Below the pieces are notes generated by a model. It ran no database searches. It was not told where the DNA came from and worked only from the letters and a program-made list of their open reading frames with translations. DNA of 64,000 bases from Hormoscilla sp. (GTDB lineage Bacteria > Cyanobacteriota > Cyanobacteriia > Cyanobacteriales > Desertifilaceae), in the NCBI GenBank assembly GCA_051439505.1, contig JBFRWI010000100.1, positions 1-64,000 on the forward strand. Direction: 5' to 3'. Positions 49,112 through 59,755 of the stretch are shown in pieces. Within the stretch, counting starts at the first letter, position 1, and each line of letters starts with the position of its first letter. Both the position numbers and the translations under genes were made by a program.

Positions 49112-50788
49112 GTGCTGCGCCAGTTTACCCCAACTATCCGACCTATGGGACAATTACGGAATTTACTACTGATTGCTTCGATCGGGGCTTTGACATTGCA
49201 GCCCATCTCGACAGTGCTGGCTCAAGCAGATACCAGTATAGAGAGTCCTGCTCCTGAGCCGGCAGATACGATACCGAGTTCTCCCACCACCGATCCAGAT
49301 GATGAGTCCCCAGATGAAGCCAGGGACATCACGACCGAGGAGGAGACAGCAGCAGAAACCCCCAGTCCCGAAGAACTTCAGCGCCATCAGACCTTAGCTG
49401 AAGCCGACAAGCTGTATCGGGAGGGATCTCTTGAGGCAGCGGAACAGCTATATCGGCAAGCAAAACCCCCCTTCGATCGAGAGACTTCGGAAGCTTCTCG
49501 ACAGTCGCGGCCAAAAATAATCGAAGACCCGGCAGAACTGTCCCCAGCTGGAAAGGTTTACTGGCGGGAGTATCAGGCGGGGTTAGCACGGGGACTGGAA
49601 ACAAGGATATTCGTGCCCCTCAAACTCCTAGTCGATCGATATCCCGAATTTATCCCCGGCCATCTGCATCTAGCGCAGGCACTCACAGATGAGGGACGTT
49701 CTGATGAAGCATTGCAGCTGCTGGAACGGGCGGCCCAACGCTATCCCGATCGACCTGATTTACTCAGAGCTAAAATTGCTGCTCAGGTAGAGGCGGAAAA
49801 CTGGTTAGATGCTTCCCTGACGGCACGAGAATTTGCTCTCCTAAACCCGGAACATCCCTCAGCGGCAGAGTTTACCCAGTTGGCAGACGAGCATCTGGAA
49901 CGCTTTAAGTTGCATCTGAGAAGAAGGGTGCGGGGAAATGCGATCGGCAACGCGGTGGTAGGAACCCTGGGTTACGCCCTGATGGGCAACATTTTTGGTC
50001 CCCTCTCTGCTTTAGAAACTACCCTGCTATTGCTGCGGGGGGAGTCTGGTGTCGGAGAAAAGCTCGCCAATCGACTTGTCAAACGGCTGCCGATGGTAGA
50101 AGATGAAGAAGTGCTCTCCTATGTGGGGGAGATGGGAGAGAAACTGGCTCAACTGACCGGGCGGGATGACTTTGAATATGAATTTTATGTCGTTCTGGAT
50201 GAAAATCTCAATGCCTTTGCTCTACCGGGCGGGAAAATCTTTGTCAATGCTGGTGCGATCGTCCAAACCAAGTCGGAAGCGGAATTAGCAGGATTACTAG
50301 CTCACGAACTTTCCCATACCGTCCTTTCCCACGGATTTCAATTAGTCACCAAGGGCAGCCTCACCTCTAATGTAGTTCAGTATATCCCCTATGCCGGGGG
50401 CATCGCCTCTCGTCTGTTAGTATTCAGCTACAGTCGGGATATGGAACGACAAGCAGATCTAGTGGGGACTCGCATCCTCGCTTCTTCGGACTATGCCGCC
50501 GATGGGATGCGAAATCTGATGGTAACTCTAGACAATCAAGATCGACCATCTCCTCCCGCTTGGCTTTCTACTCACCCGGACACCTCAGCAAGGGTAGAAT
50601 ATCTGGAAGCGGTGATTATCAGCAATGGCTACAACCGCTATGCTTATGAAGGGGTGGAACGACATGCCCAGATCCAAGCAAGGGTGAAGCAGCTGTTAGA
50701 GGAGCAAAAGGAACAAGAAGAGGAAGCAGACGTTGAGCAAGAAACTCAGCCCTCAGAGGAAGAGCAAGAACATGAAGTTGAGTCTTGA
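49112..50788 (+). CDS. M48 family metallopeptidase with TPR region
   Basis: NAFALPGG, HELSH, YSRDMERQAD, STHP; signal peptide. Confidence 0.9.
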   Translation: MLRQFTPTIRPMGQLRNLLLIASIGALTLQPISTVLAQADTSIESPAPEPADTIPSSPTTDPDDESPDEARDITTEEETAAETPSPEELQRHQTLAEADKLYREGSLEAAEQLYRQAKPPFDRETSEASRQSRPKIIEDPAELSPAGKVYWREYQAGLARGLETRIFVPLKLLVDRYPEFIPGHLHLAQALTDEGRSDEALQLLERAAQRYPDRPDLLRAKIAAQVEAENWLDASLTAREFALLNPEHPSAAEFTQLADEHLERFKLHLRRRVRGNAIGNAVVGTLGYALMGNIFGPLSALETTLLLLRGESGVGEKLANRLVKRLPMVEDEEVLSYVGEMGEKLAQLTGRDDFEYEFYVVLDENLNAFALPGGKIFVNAGAIVQTKSEAELAGLLAHELSHTVLSHGFQLVTKGSLTSNVVQYIPYAGGIASRLLVFSYSRDMERQADLVGTRILASSDYAADGMRNLMVTLDNQDRPSPPAWLSTHPDTSARVEYLEAVIISNGYNRYAYEGVERHAQIQARVKQLLEEQKEQEEEADVEQETQPSEEEQEHEVES

Positions 50789-51256
50789 GAGTTAGTTATT
50801 GCGCTTTAGTGCTCAAACCATTTGTCGTTAAAGACACAGAATTCCATTTTGTTACAAAAATTAATGTTGTGTTGCAAATATTAACGAAAATCGGGGCAGG
50901 CACTACAGGAAAACTCTGGTAGACTGAAGGAGTTGCGATCTTGTTGCCCAAAAACTTACACATCTCTCATATTTGGGGGAAGTATCAGTAAGAGAAAGCT
51001 ATTTAGCGGTATAAAAAAATGTCATGTTTCCGTATAATATAGCAGATCGGGCGCTCGTCTTACTTGAGATCGGCTCCAGAGCGCAAGTCCACTTGCTTTT
51101 TGCGAGGCAAGTCCACTAAGCTGGCTGCGACAGCCTGACCTGTCGAAAGATGCGGATGTTATACTTGCACCTATCTAGCTGTTAGATTTGTGAGGGTTAA
51201 ACGCAGCACGTGCAAACACAGCAGCAACAACGATAATAATAGGAGTAGACACGCTT

Positions 51257-52333
51257 ATGGTACAAGCAGCTGAAAAACCAGCCTTTCAAGAGTTGCGACC
51301 TGGGATTAAAGCCCCAGCTAAGGAAACGATCCTGACGCCTCGGTTCTACACTACCGACTTCGACGAGATGGAGAAAATGGATCTCTCGGTGAACGAGGCG
51401 GAGCTCAAAGCCATATTAGAGGAGTTCCGGGCTGATTACAATCGCCATCACTTCGTCCGGGATGCGGAGTTCGAGCAATCCTGGGACCATCTGGATGAGG
51501 AGACTCGCCGGTTGTTTGTGGAGTTTCTGGAGCGTTCCTGCACGGCGGAGTTCTCTGGTTTCCTACTCTATAAGGAACTGGGACGCCGGATCAAGAAGAA
51601 AAATCCGTTGCTGGCGGAATGCTTTACTCTGATGTCCCGGGATGAGGCCCGTCACGCGGGTTTCCTGAATAAGGCGATGTCAGATTTCAATCTGGCCCTG
51701 GATTTGGGATTCCTCACGAAGAATCATCAGTATACGTTCTTTAAGCCCAAGTTTATTTTCTACGCTACTTACCTGTCCGAGAAGATCGGCTATTGGCGGT
51801 ATATCAAGATTTATCGCCACCTGGAAGCTCATCCAGAAGACCGCATTTATCCGATTTTCCGGTTCTTTGAGAATTGGTGTCAGGATGAAAACCGCCACGG
51901 TGACTTCTTTGATGCGGTGATGCGGACCCAACCCCAGATCTTAAATGATTGGAAGGCGCGGCTGTGGTCTCGGTTCTTCCTGCTGTCGGTGTTCGCGACG
52001 ATGTATCTCAATGACGTGCAGCGATCGGGCTTCTATGCCTCGATCGGGCTGAATGCGCGAGAATATGATAAGGAAGTCATTGAGAAGACTAATGAGACGG
52101 CGGGGCGGGTGTTCCCCATTATCCTGGATGTGAAGAATCCCGAATTCTATCGCCGCTTGGAAGTTTGCGTCAAGACGAATGAGAAACTGACGGCAATTGT
52201 GAAATCCAAGACTCCCAAGTTCCTGCAATTGATTCAGAAGCTACCTCATTACATCTCTAATGGCTGGCAGTTCCTGCGCCTGTATTTGATGAAGCCGATT
52301 AATGTTGCTAATCTAGAAGGTACGGTGCGCTAA
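51257..52333 (+). CDS. acsF: Mg-protoporphyrin IX monomethyl ester cyclase
   Basis: [34 protein letters not shown]. Confidence 0.97.
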   Translation: MVQAAEKPAFQELRPGIKAPAKETILTPRFYTTDFDEMEKMDLSVNEAELKAILEEFRADYNRHHFVRDAEFEQSWDHLDEETRRLFVEFLERSCTAEFSGFLLYKELGRRIKKKNPLLAECFTLMSRDEARHAGFLNKAMSDFNLALDLGFLTKNHQYTFFKPKFIFYATYLSEKIGYWRYIKIYRHLEAHPEDRIYPIFRFFENWCQDENRHGDFFDAVMRTQPQILNDWKARLWSRFFLLSVFATMYLNDVQRSGFYASIGLNAREYDKEVIEKTNETAGRVFPIILDVKNPEFYRRLEVCVKTNEKLTAIVKSKTPKFLQLIQKLPHYISNGWQFLRLYLMKPINVANLEGTVR

Positions 52334-52369
52334 TTTATTCTCCATCGGAACCATTCACACTCCCCAACA

Positions 52370-52521
52370 CCCACATCCCCACCCTCAAGGGTGGGGCTAC
52401 AGGAACGAAGCAATTGTCTAAGCGAGCGCAGCGCGGCAACCGCCTGCGCGGGCTAGTTACGCCCCCACATCCCCACCCTCAAGGGTGGGGCTACAGGAAC
52501 GAAGCCCGCCTGCGCGGGCTA
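52370..52521. repeat. Two REP copies CCCCACCCTCAAGGGTGGGGCTAC…
   Basis: Direct repeats 52370-52412 and 52463-52505. Confidence 0.8.
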
Positions 52522-53202
52522 CCGATATTAGTGACGATTCTGAGTATAATTCTGGCAGCAGCCCCAGCTTGGTGTCAACCTCTGCCGCCGTCTGAGTTAG
52601 ACTTAAGTCCGGAAATAATCGAGTCCAGTCCTGTTTTACAGCGTTGGCAGCGTCAGGTGCCTTCTGTCTGGTCGGACATTAAACATGACCCCAGTTTTCC
52701 TACGCGCCTGCGCCTGGGTTATTCTCTGTTTCCCGACTCTGATGCTGCGGGATTTCATTTTGGCCTGGAGGATCTGTTTGTCGGACGCACTGGGTTAACT
52801 ATTAGTGCAGATTATTATGGCACGGGCGATCGGCCCGCGGACGGTCCGAAAAATCGCACTTCCTACGGTGGGGACTTACGTTACTACCTGCGTCCTTTAG
52901 GGAGTTACATCAATATCGCACCTGTGGTAGGATATCGCTATCTGGAAACTGATGGTGATGTCAGGGATGGGATTAATCTCGGTTTGCGTTTATTGTTAGT
53001 TCCCTCTCGGGGTGGCGGTGCGGATATTGCTTTAACTCAAACTTTTGTCTCTCCCGGTGGCAGTGCCGAGGTAGGGATAACAACCTTGTCTTTTGGCTAT
53101 GCCCTTACCCCCCATTTGCGCTTATCTACAGATATCCAGCAGCAAAATACCCCGGACAACAAAGATAGTCGCTTCGGCATACTTTTGGAGTGGATGCCTT
53201 AA
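52414..53202 (+). CDS. Hypothetical exported, beta-barrel-like protein (N-terminus runs through REP; true start maybe GTG 52531)
   Basis: Signal-like ILAAAPAW, alternating beta-strand pattern, terminal aromatic strand. Confidence 0.7.
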   Translation: MSKRAQRGNRLRGLVTPPHPHPQGWGYRNEARLRGLPILVTILSIILAAAPAWCQPLPPSELDLSPEIIESSPVLQRWQRQVPSVWSDIKHDPSFPTRLRLGYSLFPDSDAAGFHFGLEDLFVGRTGLTISADYYGTGDRPADGPKNRTSYGGDLRYYLRPLGSYINIAPVVGYRYLETDGDVRDGINLGLRLLLVPSRGGGADIALTQTFVSPGGSAEVGITTLSFGYALTPHLRLSTDIQQQNTPDNKDSRFGILLEWMP

Positions 53203-53339
53203 GTAGTTCGTAGTTCGTAGTTCGTAGTTCGTAGTTATGATCCGCCCGTCACGTAATCATGCGGGTTTGAGGTTTTTCGATCTCGACGGTCTCGGAGTTT
53301 GAGTAGCTGTCGAACTGACGTTCGTCACCCTCGTAATTG

Positions 53340-54521
53340 TCAATTCGCCATTGTCAATTTGCCATTGTCAATTGTCCCGTCGCCATTGTCAATTTGCCAT
53401 TGTCCATTCGCAATTAGCGATCGCCTACGGGCCGTACAATCTAACATACCGCGGATGGTTTTAGAGATCGCCCCTGCGAGGGCAGGGGGGACGGCGTTAC
53501 CAAGCTGTCGGGCGATCGCGGTTTTGCTGCCCATAAAGCGAAAGTCATCTGGGAACCCCATCAATCTTGCGGCCTCCCGGTGGGTAATGGGTCGATGTTT
53601 TTCCGGATGGAGATAGCGTCCTTTTTCTGGCTTAAAGAATTCAGTTCTAATAGTTACTGAAGGTCTATCCCACCATAAGCGACCGAAGAGATCTGTTCCC
53701 TGATAAGTTGGGTTCACCCAGCAAGGCGGACTCAATTCTGGGGCATTTTTGATCAGGTCAAAACGGTTGCCTCCTGGGGGCACGGCTTGGTAACGTGCTA
53801 AACTTTTCTCCGTGGGCCTGCGTGCAAAATGTAAATCTAGAGGTGGGTCAACTGGGCGGATATTTGTTCCTTCTGGATCTGGTAAATCACCAATTGCGTC
53901 CCGTAAAGTCAGCCACCTATTCTCATGGGTAGGTTGGGGTGGGAATTTAGGCGATCGGATATTTTGCTGCCAACCGATAATCACTGCCCGTTTGCGAGTT
54001 TGCGGTACGCCATAATTGGCAGAATTGAGCACCCCCGCAATGATATTAAATCCTAATGAAGCTGCACAATCGGAGATTTGCTGAAACTCATCCGATCGTA
54101 AAATATCTGGCACGTTTTCGATCACAAACACCAATGCCTGGGAAGCTTTTACCACCTGCATGAAGGGTTGCCAGAGAGTCCGACGGCGATCGCCTGCTCG
54201 CTTTCTGTTCAGTCTACTGAAACCCTGACATGGGATCCCGCCAATAATTACATCTGCTTTGGGAATTTCTGGTTTTTCAGCTAGCCATTCTTCTAGATCG
54301 GCCATTACCGCATTTTTGCCATCAAGATTAGCCTTATAAGTTGCTATAGCAGCTCGATTATTGTCTATAGCCAGAATACTCTTAAATCCACCGCCAAATC
54401 GCGGATCTGTAAATCCTAGGGTCATCCCCCCTGCCCCTGAGAACAGGTCAATCAGGCGATATTTAATGATTTCGGGTTCTCTGAATATACTATAATCTAG
54501 TTGCAAATCTGCTATGTTCAT
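53340..54521 (-). CDS. C5-cytosine DNA methyltransferase (orphan)
   Basis: DLFSGAGG, GGIPCQ, ENV, QTRKR, QLGNAVPP; tail encoded by heptamer repeats. Confidence 0.92.
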   Translation of the reverse strand: MNIADLQLDYSIFREPEIIKYRLIDLFSGAGGMTLGFTDPRFGGGFKSILAIDNNRAAIATYKANLDGKNAVMADLEEWLAEKPEIPKADVIIGGIPCQGFSRLNRKRAGDRRRTLWQPFMQVVKASQALVFVIENVPDILRSDEFQQISDCAASLGFNIIAGVLNSANYGVPQTRKRAVIIGWQQNIRSPKFPPQPTHENRWLTLRDAIGDLPDPEGTNIRPVDPPLDLHFARRPTEKSLARYQAVPPGGNRFDLIKNAPELSPPCWVNPTYQGTDLFGRLWWDRPSVTIRTEFFKPEKGRYLHPEKHRPITHREAARLMGFPDDFRFMGSKTAIARQLGNAVPPALAGAISKTIRGMLDCTARRRSLIANGQWQIDNGDGTIDNGKLTMAN

Positions 54522-54856
54522 CCTTGCTTGTTCGTCACTGATTGTTCTACAGAGTCTCTTACCAGGCTCTGCTTGCGAACGTTATCATCATAATTTTATA
54601 ACATACAACCTAAGTTGGCAACCCTAATCAAACTTGCAATAGTTAGTGGTTAGTAGTTAGTAGTTAGGGGTGCATCTCACTTTTGCACGGGCGAAGCATT
54701 CGGGCAATAAATGATGACAGAAGATGACAAATTTTCGGCCCGAATGCTAGCTGCTGCGCAGCCGCTGCGCTTTTACGCAGTGCGCGTAGCGCTACGCCCC
54801 TACAGATGGATATGCTTGCGGTCCAGATGCACCCGTAGTTAGCGAACAACTGACAA

Positions 54857-55693
54857 CTATCTACTATTCTCAATTTGTTCTAGCTTTGTCCCACAATGTT
54901 TGCAGAATTTCGCATCAGCATCATGAAAATACAAGCCGCACCCGGGACAAGGCATTTCTATGTGATTAGCAGTTTTGACTAAGTGTTTGATCAAATCTCC
55001 TACCTGCCAGGGGATCAGGGCAATTCCTGTTACAATCATAAATAATGTCATCCAGCGCCCCCCTTCTGATACGGGGGTAATATCACCAAATCCTACCGTT
55101 GTCATGGTGACGATCGAGAAATAAACGGCATCGAAGAATGTCCGGAAAGCTTCTGAATTTACCGCATGTTCTACTTGATAAATTAACCCCGAGTAGATAA
55201 AGATAATTGCGAACAAGGTAAAGAGGATCCTTGCTAAAATTACACCATCTTCTTGATTGATGATGCCCAACCAAGTTTTGCTAGTAATAAATCGCATTAG
55301 ATGCAAGATGCGTAACCAGCGAAAGATGAGTATGAAGCTAACATCTATTACTCCCAAGAAAAAGGGCAGAATGACGACTAAATCGATTAAAGAATAGATT
55401 GATAACAAATACTTGACTTTCTGTTCTGCGCACCAGAGTCGGAGTAGATATTCGACGGCAAAGCAGATGATAATCAAAGTATTGATAGCTTTCAGGGTCA
55501 GCAGCAATTCTGGTGGAATTCTGTAAGTTTCTATTACAAAAATTACTGAAGATAATAAAACTAATCCAGTAATTATTAAGTTCACGACCCTTCCTGCTGG
55601 AGTTTCTACTGCTAGGTAAAAAGCTACCTTTTCTCGCAGTGACATGGGTTGCTGAAGTCCGGTTTCAGGATACATAATTTTAATTTGTCTCAT
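54857..55693 (-). CDS. Potassium channel / ion transporter with C-terminal zinc ribbon
   Basis: TMTTVGFGD selectivity filter; CPGC…CKHC. Confidence 0.9.
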   Translation of the reverse strand: MRQIKIMYPETGLQQPMSLREKVAFYLAVETPAGRVVNLIITGLVLLSSVIFVIETYRIPPELLLTLKAINTLIIICFAVEYLLRLWCAEQKVKYLLSIYSLIDLVVILPFFLGVIDVSFILIFRWLRILHLMRFITSKTWLGIINQEDGVILARILFTLFAIIFIYSGLIYQVEHAVNSEAFRTFFDAVYFSIVTMTTVGFGDITPVSEGGRWMTLFMIVTGIALIPWQVGDLIKHLVKTANHIEMPCPGCGLYFHDADAKFCKHCGTKLEQIENSR

Positions 55694-55711
55694 TACAGGT
55701 TATTATTGTCT

Positions 55712-55746
55712 AAAAAAATCCCAGCTTTATTAGTCTGGGATTTTTA
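55712..55746. terminator. Intrinsic terminator hairpin
   Basis: AAAAATCCCAG/CTGGGATTTTT. Confidence 0.6.
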
Positions 55747-55777
55747 AATCGAATCCATATTGTGCGATCGTCTGATA

Positions 55778-56221
55778 TTACTTGACCAGAGTCAGTTCCC
55801 GATCGGCAGTTTCTGTAGCTGGGGTTTCTTCAGTAACAGTTACCTCGGTCAGGACTGTCTCTACTACATACTCGGAAGCAGTTTCAGCATTGGCCTCGGG
55901 AACCTCGGCGATGTCGGTGGGATCCTGACGGCGCCGACTGGTGATGCCAACGGCACCCAAACCAGCAACGGTGGCAACTCCGGCAGCTGCGATCGCGGCC
56001 CATTTGCCAGACTTCCAGTCCTTCACATTGAAAGTGGTCGATGAGGTTTGACTTGCCCCTTCAACGGAAGTCTGCTTCATTTTGCTAAACATGCAAGCTT
56101 CAGCGGGATTGACAGCAGCCAGCAGGGCCCCACTGGCGATCGCGGCGGCTGCTAAGATCGAGGTCAGAGATGATTGCTTTGAGATCGTGGTCATGTTTAA
56201 GGATGATTGCTTAAAGGACAT
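55778..56221 (-). CDS. Hypothetical membrane protein
   Basis: Signal-like segment ending PAEA, one TM helix, acidic tail. Confidence 0.65.
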   Translation of the reverse strand: MSFKQSSLNMTTISKQSSLTSILAAAAIASGALLAAVNPAEACMFSKMKQTSVEGASQTSSTTFNVKDWKSGKWAAIAAAGVATVAGLGAVGITSRRRQDPTDIAEVPEANAETASEYVVETVLTEVTVTEETPATETADRELTLVK

Positions 56222-56326
56222 GCTCCCTCACGGGGGGAGCGGTTTAGTGATACAACATTACAGAAATTAAAACACATTCTCGATCGAAATGCAAGGCGAA
56301 ATGCAAGGATGGGGGAGAATTTACTC

Positions 56327-56712
56327 TTACTCCAGTGCCAATTCGGCCATCACCGGGAAGTGATCGGAAGGCCAAATCCCTTGCCACTGCCCGGTTTCCA
56401 CCTGCGCTGCTTGCAACTGAGTCCACAGCAGCGAAACCCTTGCCAGTAAAATCGTGGTAGGTCTGCTGACTTTCCCATTCCACCCCAGCAAGGGCGTCTA
56501 GCAGTGTTCTGCCGTTTAAGAGGCGATCGCCCCCGACACTCTGATATTCTGGCAGCAGGCGGTGCCTATCTAGCAGCTGGTGGGCCTGGCCTTCCTGGGT
56601 GCCGATGAGATCGGGTTCTGCTTGCAAGACTACTGCATCCCGTCGCACTGTCCAGGCATCCCCGATCGGGCTTATCATACCGCAGGTTAAAGCTGATGAT
56701 TTTTAGTTTCAT
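56327..56712 (-). pseudogene. Endonuclease/exonuclease/phosphatase (EEP) family pseudogene
   Basis: MKLKIISFNLRYD, PDLIGTQE, TYHDFTG, WPSDHFPV in different frames with internal deletions. Confidence 0.8.
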
Positions 56713-56905
56713 ATTTTGTCAATTGTTATAGCATTTCTCTGATTAGTGTAATATGATGTTGGAGATTGCTTCGGGGGGGGGAATTCAATGGGATCATAAC
56801 TTAATCGCTACTTTCCCCCCCCTCGCAATGACAAATAGGCACACCCAAACTATACCACATCAATTTTATAAGTGCTATAATTGCCAATTGTTAATTGACA
56901 GAAAA

Positions 56906-57553
56906 TCATTCTGTTTGCTGCTTTTTGACAAACAAAGTGCGATAAACAGGTTTGCCACCTGCCAGAGTAGCAATTTCCCGTTCCGTGGGGACTGGTAGAG
57001 GGTTTTCTGCTAGCCAGTTGTCCATCTCTTTTTCCTCAAAGTCAGGATGTGCGGAAAAGCGATCGCGCATTATCCCGGCCACAAACTCCAGATCTGACTG
57101 TAGGAAGACCTCTCCTCCCATAGCCAGGTGTGGGGCCAAATCAGCTACCAACTCTGGCTGGATCATCCGGCGTTTCCTGTGGCGATTTTTGAACCAGGGG
57201 TCGGGAAATTGGATCGTCACCCGCTGCAACACCCCAGTTGGCAAAGAACTCAGCAGCGGTTGCAACGAGTTATTCACATTCACAAACAGGTAATGGAGAT
57301 TGGTTAAACCCAACTGCGATCGCAACTCATTTGCTTCCGACACTAGGGGTTTGCGGATTTCCAAGCCCAGAAAGTTCCAATCCGGTTGCAGTTGAGCCAT
57401 CTTCAGTAAAAACCGCCCCCTAGCACAGCCAATATCCAACAGCAGGGGTTTATACCGATCGGCATAAATCTGAGGCCAGTCGGGAGGACTGATTGCGGTC
57501 TGATATTTTTCGCATAGTGGGTTGACATGTTGGCGGACTCGCACTCGTACCAA
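56906..57553 (-). CDS. trmB: tRNA (guanine-N7) methyltransferase
   Basis: RVRQHVNP, DIGCARG, GLEIR, FPDPWFK.RH, TERE. Confidence 0.95.
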   Translation of the reverse strand: MVRVRVRQHVNPLCEKYQTAISPPDWPQIYADRYKPLLLDIGCARGRFLLKMAQLQPDWNFLGLEIRKPLVSEANELRSQLGLTNLHYLFVNVNNSLQPLLSSLPTGVLQRVTIQFPDPWFKNRHRKRRMIQPELVADLAPHLAMGGEVFLQSDLEFVAGIMRDRFSAHPDFEEKEMDNWLAENPLPVPTEREIATLAGGKPVYRTLFVKKQQTE

Positions 57554-57637
57554 GATTCATTCCTCCATAATTTAATTTTTCCTTTAGGATCGAAGTATAA
57601 GTGCCTTAGTTACTGTCAGCATCAAGGGAATCGGCAT

Positions 57638-58738
57638 ATGAGACTAAATTTTCGCTTCGCTGTTGTCAGCGATCTACATATCGCACTCCCCCATACCATC
57701 TGGGACCATCCTCACCGATTTCATCTAGTGGAGGTGTCTATCCCCGCCTTAGAGATCATCTTAGAACATCTGGGACAGTTGGATCTAGATTTTCTGCTGT
57801 TACCGGGAGACTTGACCCAGCATGGGGAACCGGATAACCATGCTTGGTTGCAACAGCGTTTAGCCCAGCTGCCTTATCCAGTTTACGTCGTGCCTGGCAA
57901 TCATGACGTGCCCCTGCCCCAGTCTAACGGACATTCGATCGGGCTTAATGATTTTCCCCATTATTACGGTAAATGCGGCTATGAAAACCCCGATCGCCTT
58001 TATTATAGCTGTGGAATTATGCCCGGGGTGCGGCTCATTGGGCTCAATTCTAACATATTTGACGCCGATGGTCAGCAGTTAGGATGTATGGATGAAGCCC
58101 AGTTGACTTGGTTGGAGGGGGTTTTGGCATCAGCTAGAGAAGAATTGGTAATGGTGATGATCCATCATAATGTTATCGAGCATTTGCCTCGTCAATCTAG
58201 CCATCAGTTGGGGCGTCGCTATATGTTGGATAATGCACCCGTACTATTGCAGATGCTGCGGGATGCTGGGGTGCAGCTAATCTTTACTGGACATTTGCAC
58301 GTTCAGGATATTGCCTGCGATCGGGGCATCTATGAGATTACCACGGGTTCTCTGGTCAGCTATCCTCATCCCTACCGCATCTTACATTTCCAGATGGATA
58401 GCAAAGGTAGAAAGCAGTTGTCCGTAGAGTCACATCGGATAGAAGCAGTACCCGGTTGGCCAACTCTGGCCGAAACTTCCCGAGAATGGATCGGGTCCCG
58501 TTCCCATCCCTTCATGCTGAAACTCCTGACCCAGCCACCTGCGAGTTTACCAGAAAAGCAGGCTTGCGAATTAGTCAGCAGCCTGCGCTATTTCTGGGCA
58601 GATATTGCTTATGGCGATGCTATGTTTAATTTCCCCCATTTTCCCCCAGCTACCCGCAAATACTTCGAGAGTTTTAGCGCCATGGGCCCGGATGGCACTC
58701 CCCAGGCGATCGACAATTATGCAACACTTTTACTCTAA
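57638..58738 (+). CDS. Metallophosphoesterase
   Basis: SDLH, GDLT, GNHD, HH, TGHLH. Confidence 0.9.
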   Translation: MRLNFRFAVVSDLHIALPHTIWDHPHRFHLVEVSIPALEIILEHLGQLDLDFLLLPGDLTQHGEPDNHAWLQQRLAQLPYPVYVVPGNHDVPLPQSNGHSIGLNDFPHYYGKCGYENPDRLYYSCGIMPGVRLIGLNSNIFDADGQQLGCMDEAQLTWLEGVLASAREELVMVMIHHNVIEHLPRQSSHQLGRRYMLDNAPVLLQMLRDAGVQLIFTGHLHVQDIACDRGIYEITTGSLVSYPHPYRILHFQMDSKGRKQLSVESHRIEAVPGWPTLAETSREWIGSRSHPFMLKLLTQPPASLPEKQACELVSSLRYFWADIAYGDAMFNFPHFPPATRKYFESFSAMGPDGTPQAIDNYATLLL

Positions 58739-58846
58739 ACTGATGCACCCGTGGTCATTTATTCGTTATGAGTATTGTTTGCGGCTTAATATACAGGCGA
58801 ACTTACAATTTGGTTGGGGTTAGCTTATTCCATTAGATTATCGGGT

Positions 58847-58876
58847 TTGTCGGGTTGAATATTGGCCTGCTATAAT
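58847..58876 (+). promoter_or_regulatory. Extended -10 promoter (TGcTATAAT) with TTGTCG at -35
   Basis: Sequence match; no credible CDS for 1.3 kb downstream. Confidence 0.5.
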
Positions 58877-59104
58877 TAAGAGTCAGGATATCCTTAATCA
58901 ACCCTCGACAAGCACGATCGTTCCGTCATCAACTTCATGTACCGGTGCGGGGAGTCCGCACCCCTGGGTCCACCGGTTGTGCGATCCAGCGCTCCCCGAG
59001 CGATCGGGAGACAGGCCCCCGGCGGGGTAACGAGACAAAACGAGATACCAGACAAAGGAGGCAGATCCTCAGGGGGCCAGTTCCCTGGATCTGCCAGGGA
59101 ACGA

Positions 59105-59334
59105 GATATTTAAAATGCGGCATATGATATTTGATATGGGCCATATGATATTTGATATGCGGCATATGATATTTAAAATGCGGCATATGATATTTAAAAT
59201 GCGGCATATGATATTTGATATGCGGCATATGATATTTGATATGCGGCATATGATATTTGATATGCCGCATATGATATTTATATGGCCCATATGATATTTG
59301 ATATGCGGCATATGATATTTGATATGCCGCATAT
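59105..59334. repeat. Eleven tandem 21-bp units GATATTTGATATGCGGCATAT
   Basis: Counted directly; unit 9 has a 1-bp deletion. Confidence 0.95.
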
Positions 59335-59455
59335 CAAATTTAATTTGCGACTGGTGGGAACGTGAGAAGCTTGTGGGGGCTTGTCCGGTGGCGTTCCGGG
59401 TTCCGTGGGAGGCCCGGAAACGAGAATATATGGGTTCATTTTCGGATGGGAGCGC

Positions 59456-59593
59456 ATGTGGCCGGTGTACGGCAACAGAGAATTGGCAGATGCCCAGAGT
59501 TAATTGTTGAATGTGGTCGGTGTACGGCAACAGAGAATTGGCAGCTGCCCAGAGTTAATTGTTGAATGTGGCCAGTGTACGGCAACAGAGAAT
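59456..59593. repeat. 2.5 tandem 55-bp units
   Basis: Starts at 59456, 59511, 59566; third cut by MITE end. Confidence 0.9.
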
Positions 59594-59755
59594 GGGTGTG
59601 GTCAAAAGTAGTTGCTCCGGGATCCCCCCCAAACCCCCCCCTTCCACGGCCCTTCGGCTCACGCTCAGGGACTGCATCAAAAAAAATTCGGGAATGATGA
59701 TGATGTTACTCTCGCGCCCGCCCCGGCCTCAGGCGATCGGGGGTTGTGGGGCGAT

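Noticed and set aside
58938..58970. Group II intron domain V look-alike (CCGGTGCGGGGAGTCCGCAC)
   Set aside because: No AGC/CGC triad, no GNRA loop, poor lower stem, no domain VI or RT
58935..59565. ORFs with (MPHIKYH)n or (ICRISNI)n repeats
   Set aside because: Products of a palindromic VNTR that is open in several frames and broken by an indel; no clear RBS
59105..59593. CRISPR array
   Set aside because: The 21-bp and 55-bp units are contiguous with no unique spacers; no cas genes in the window
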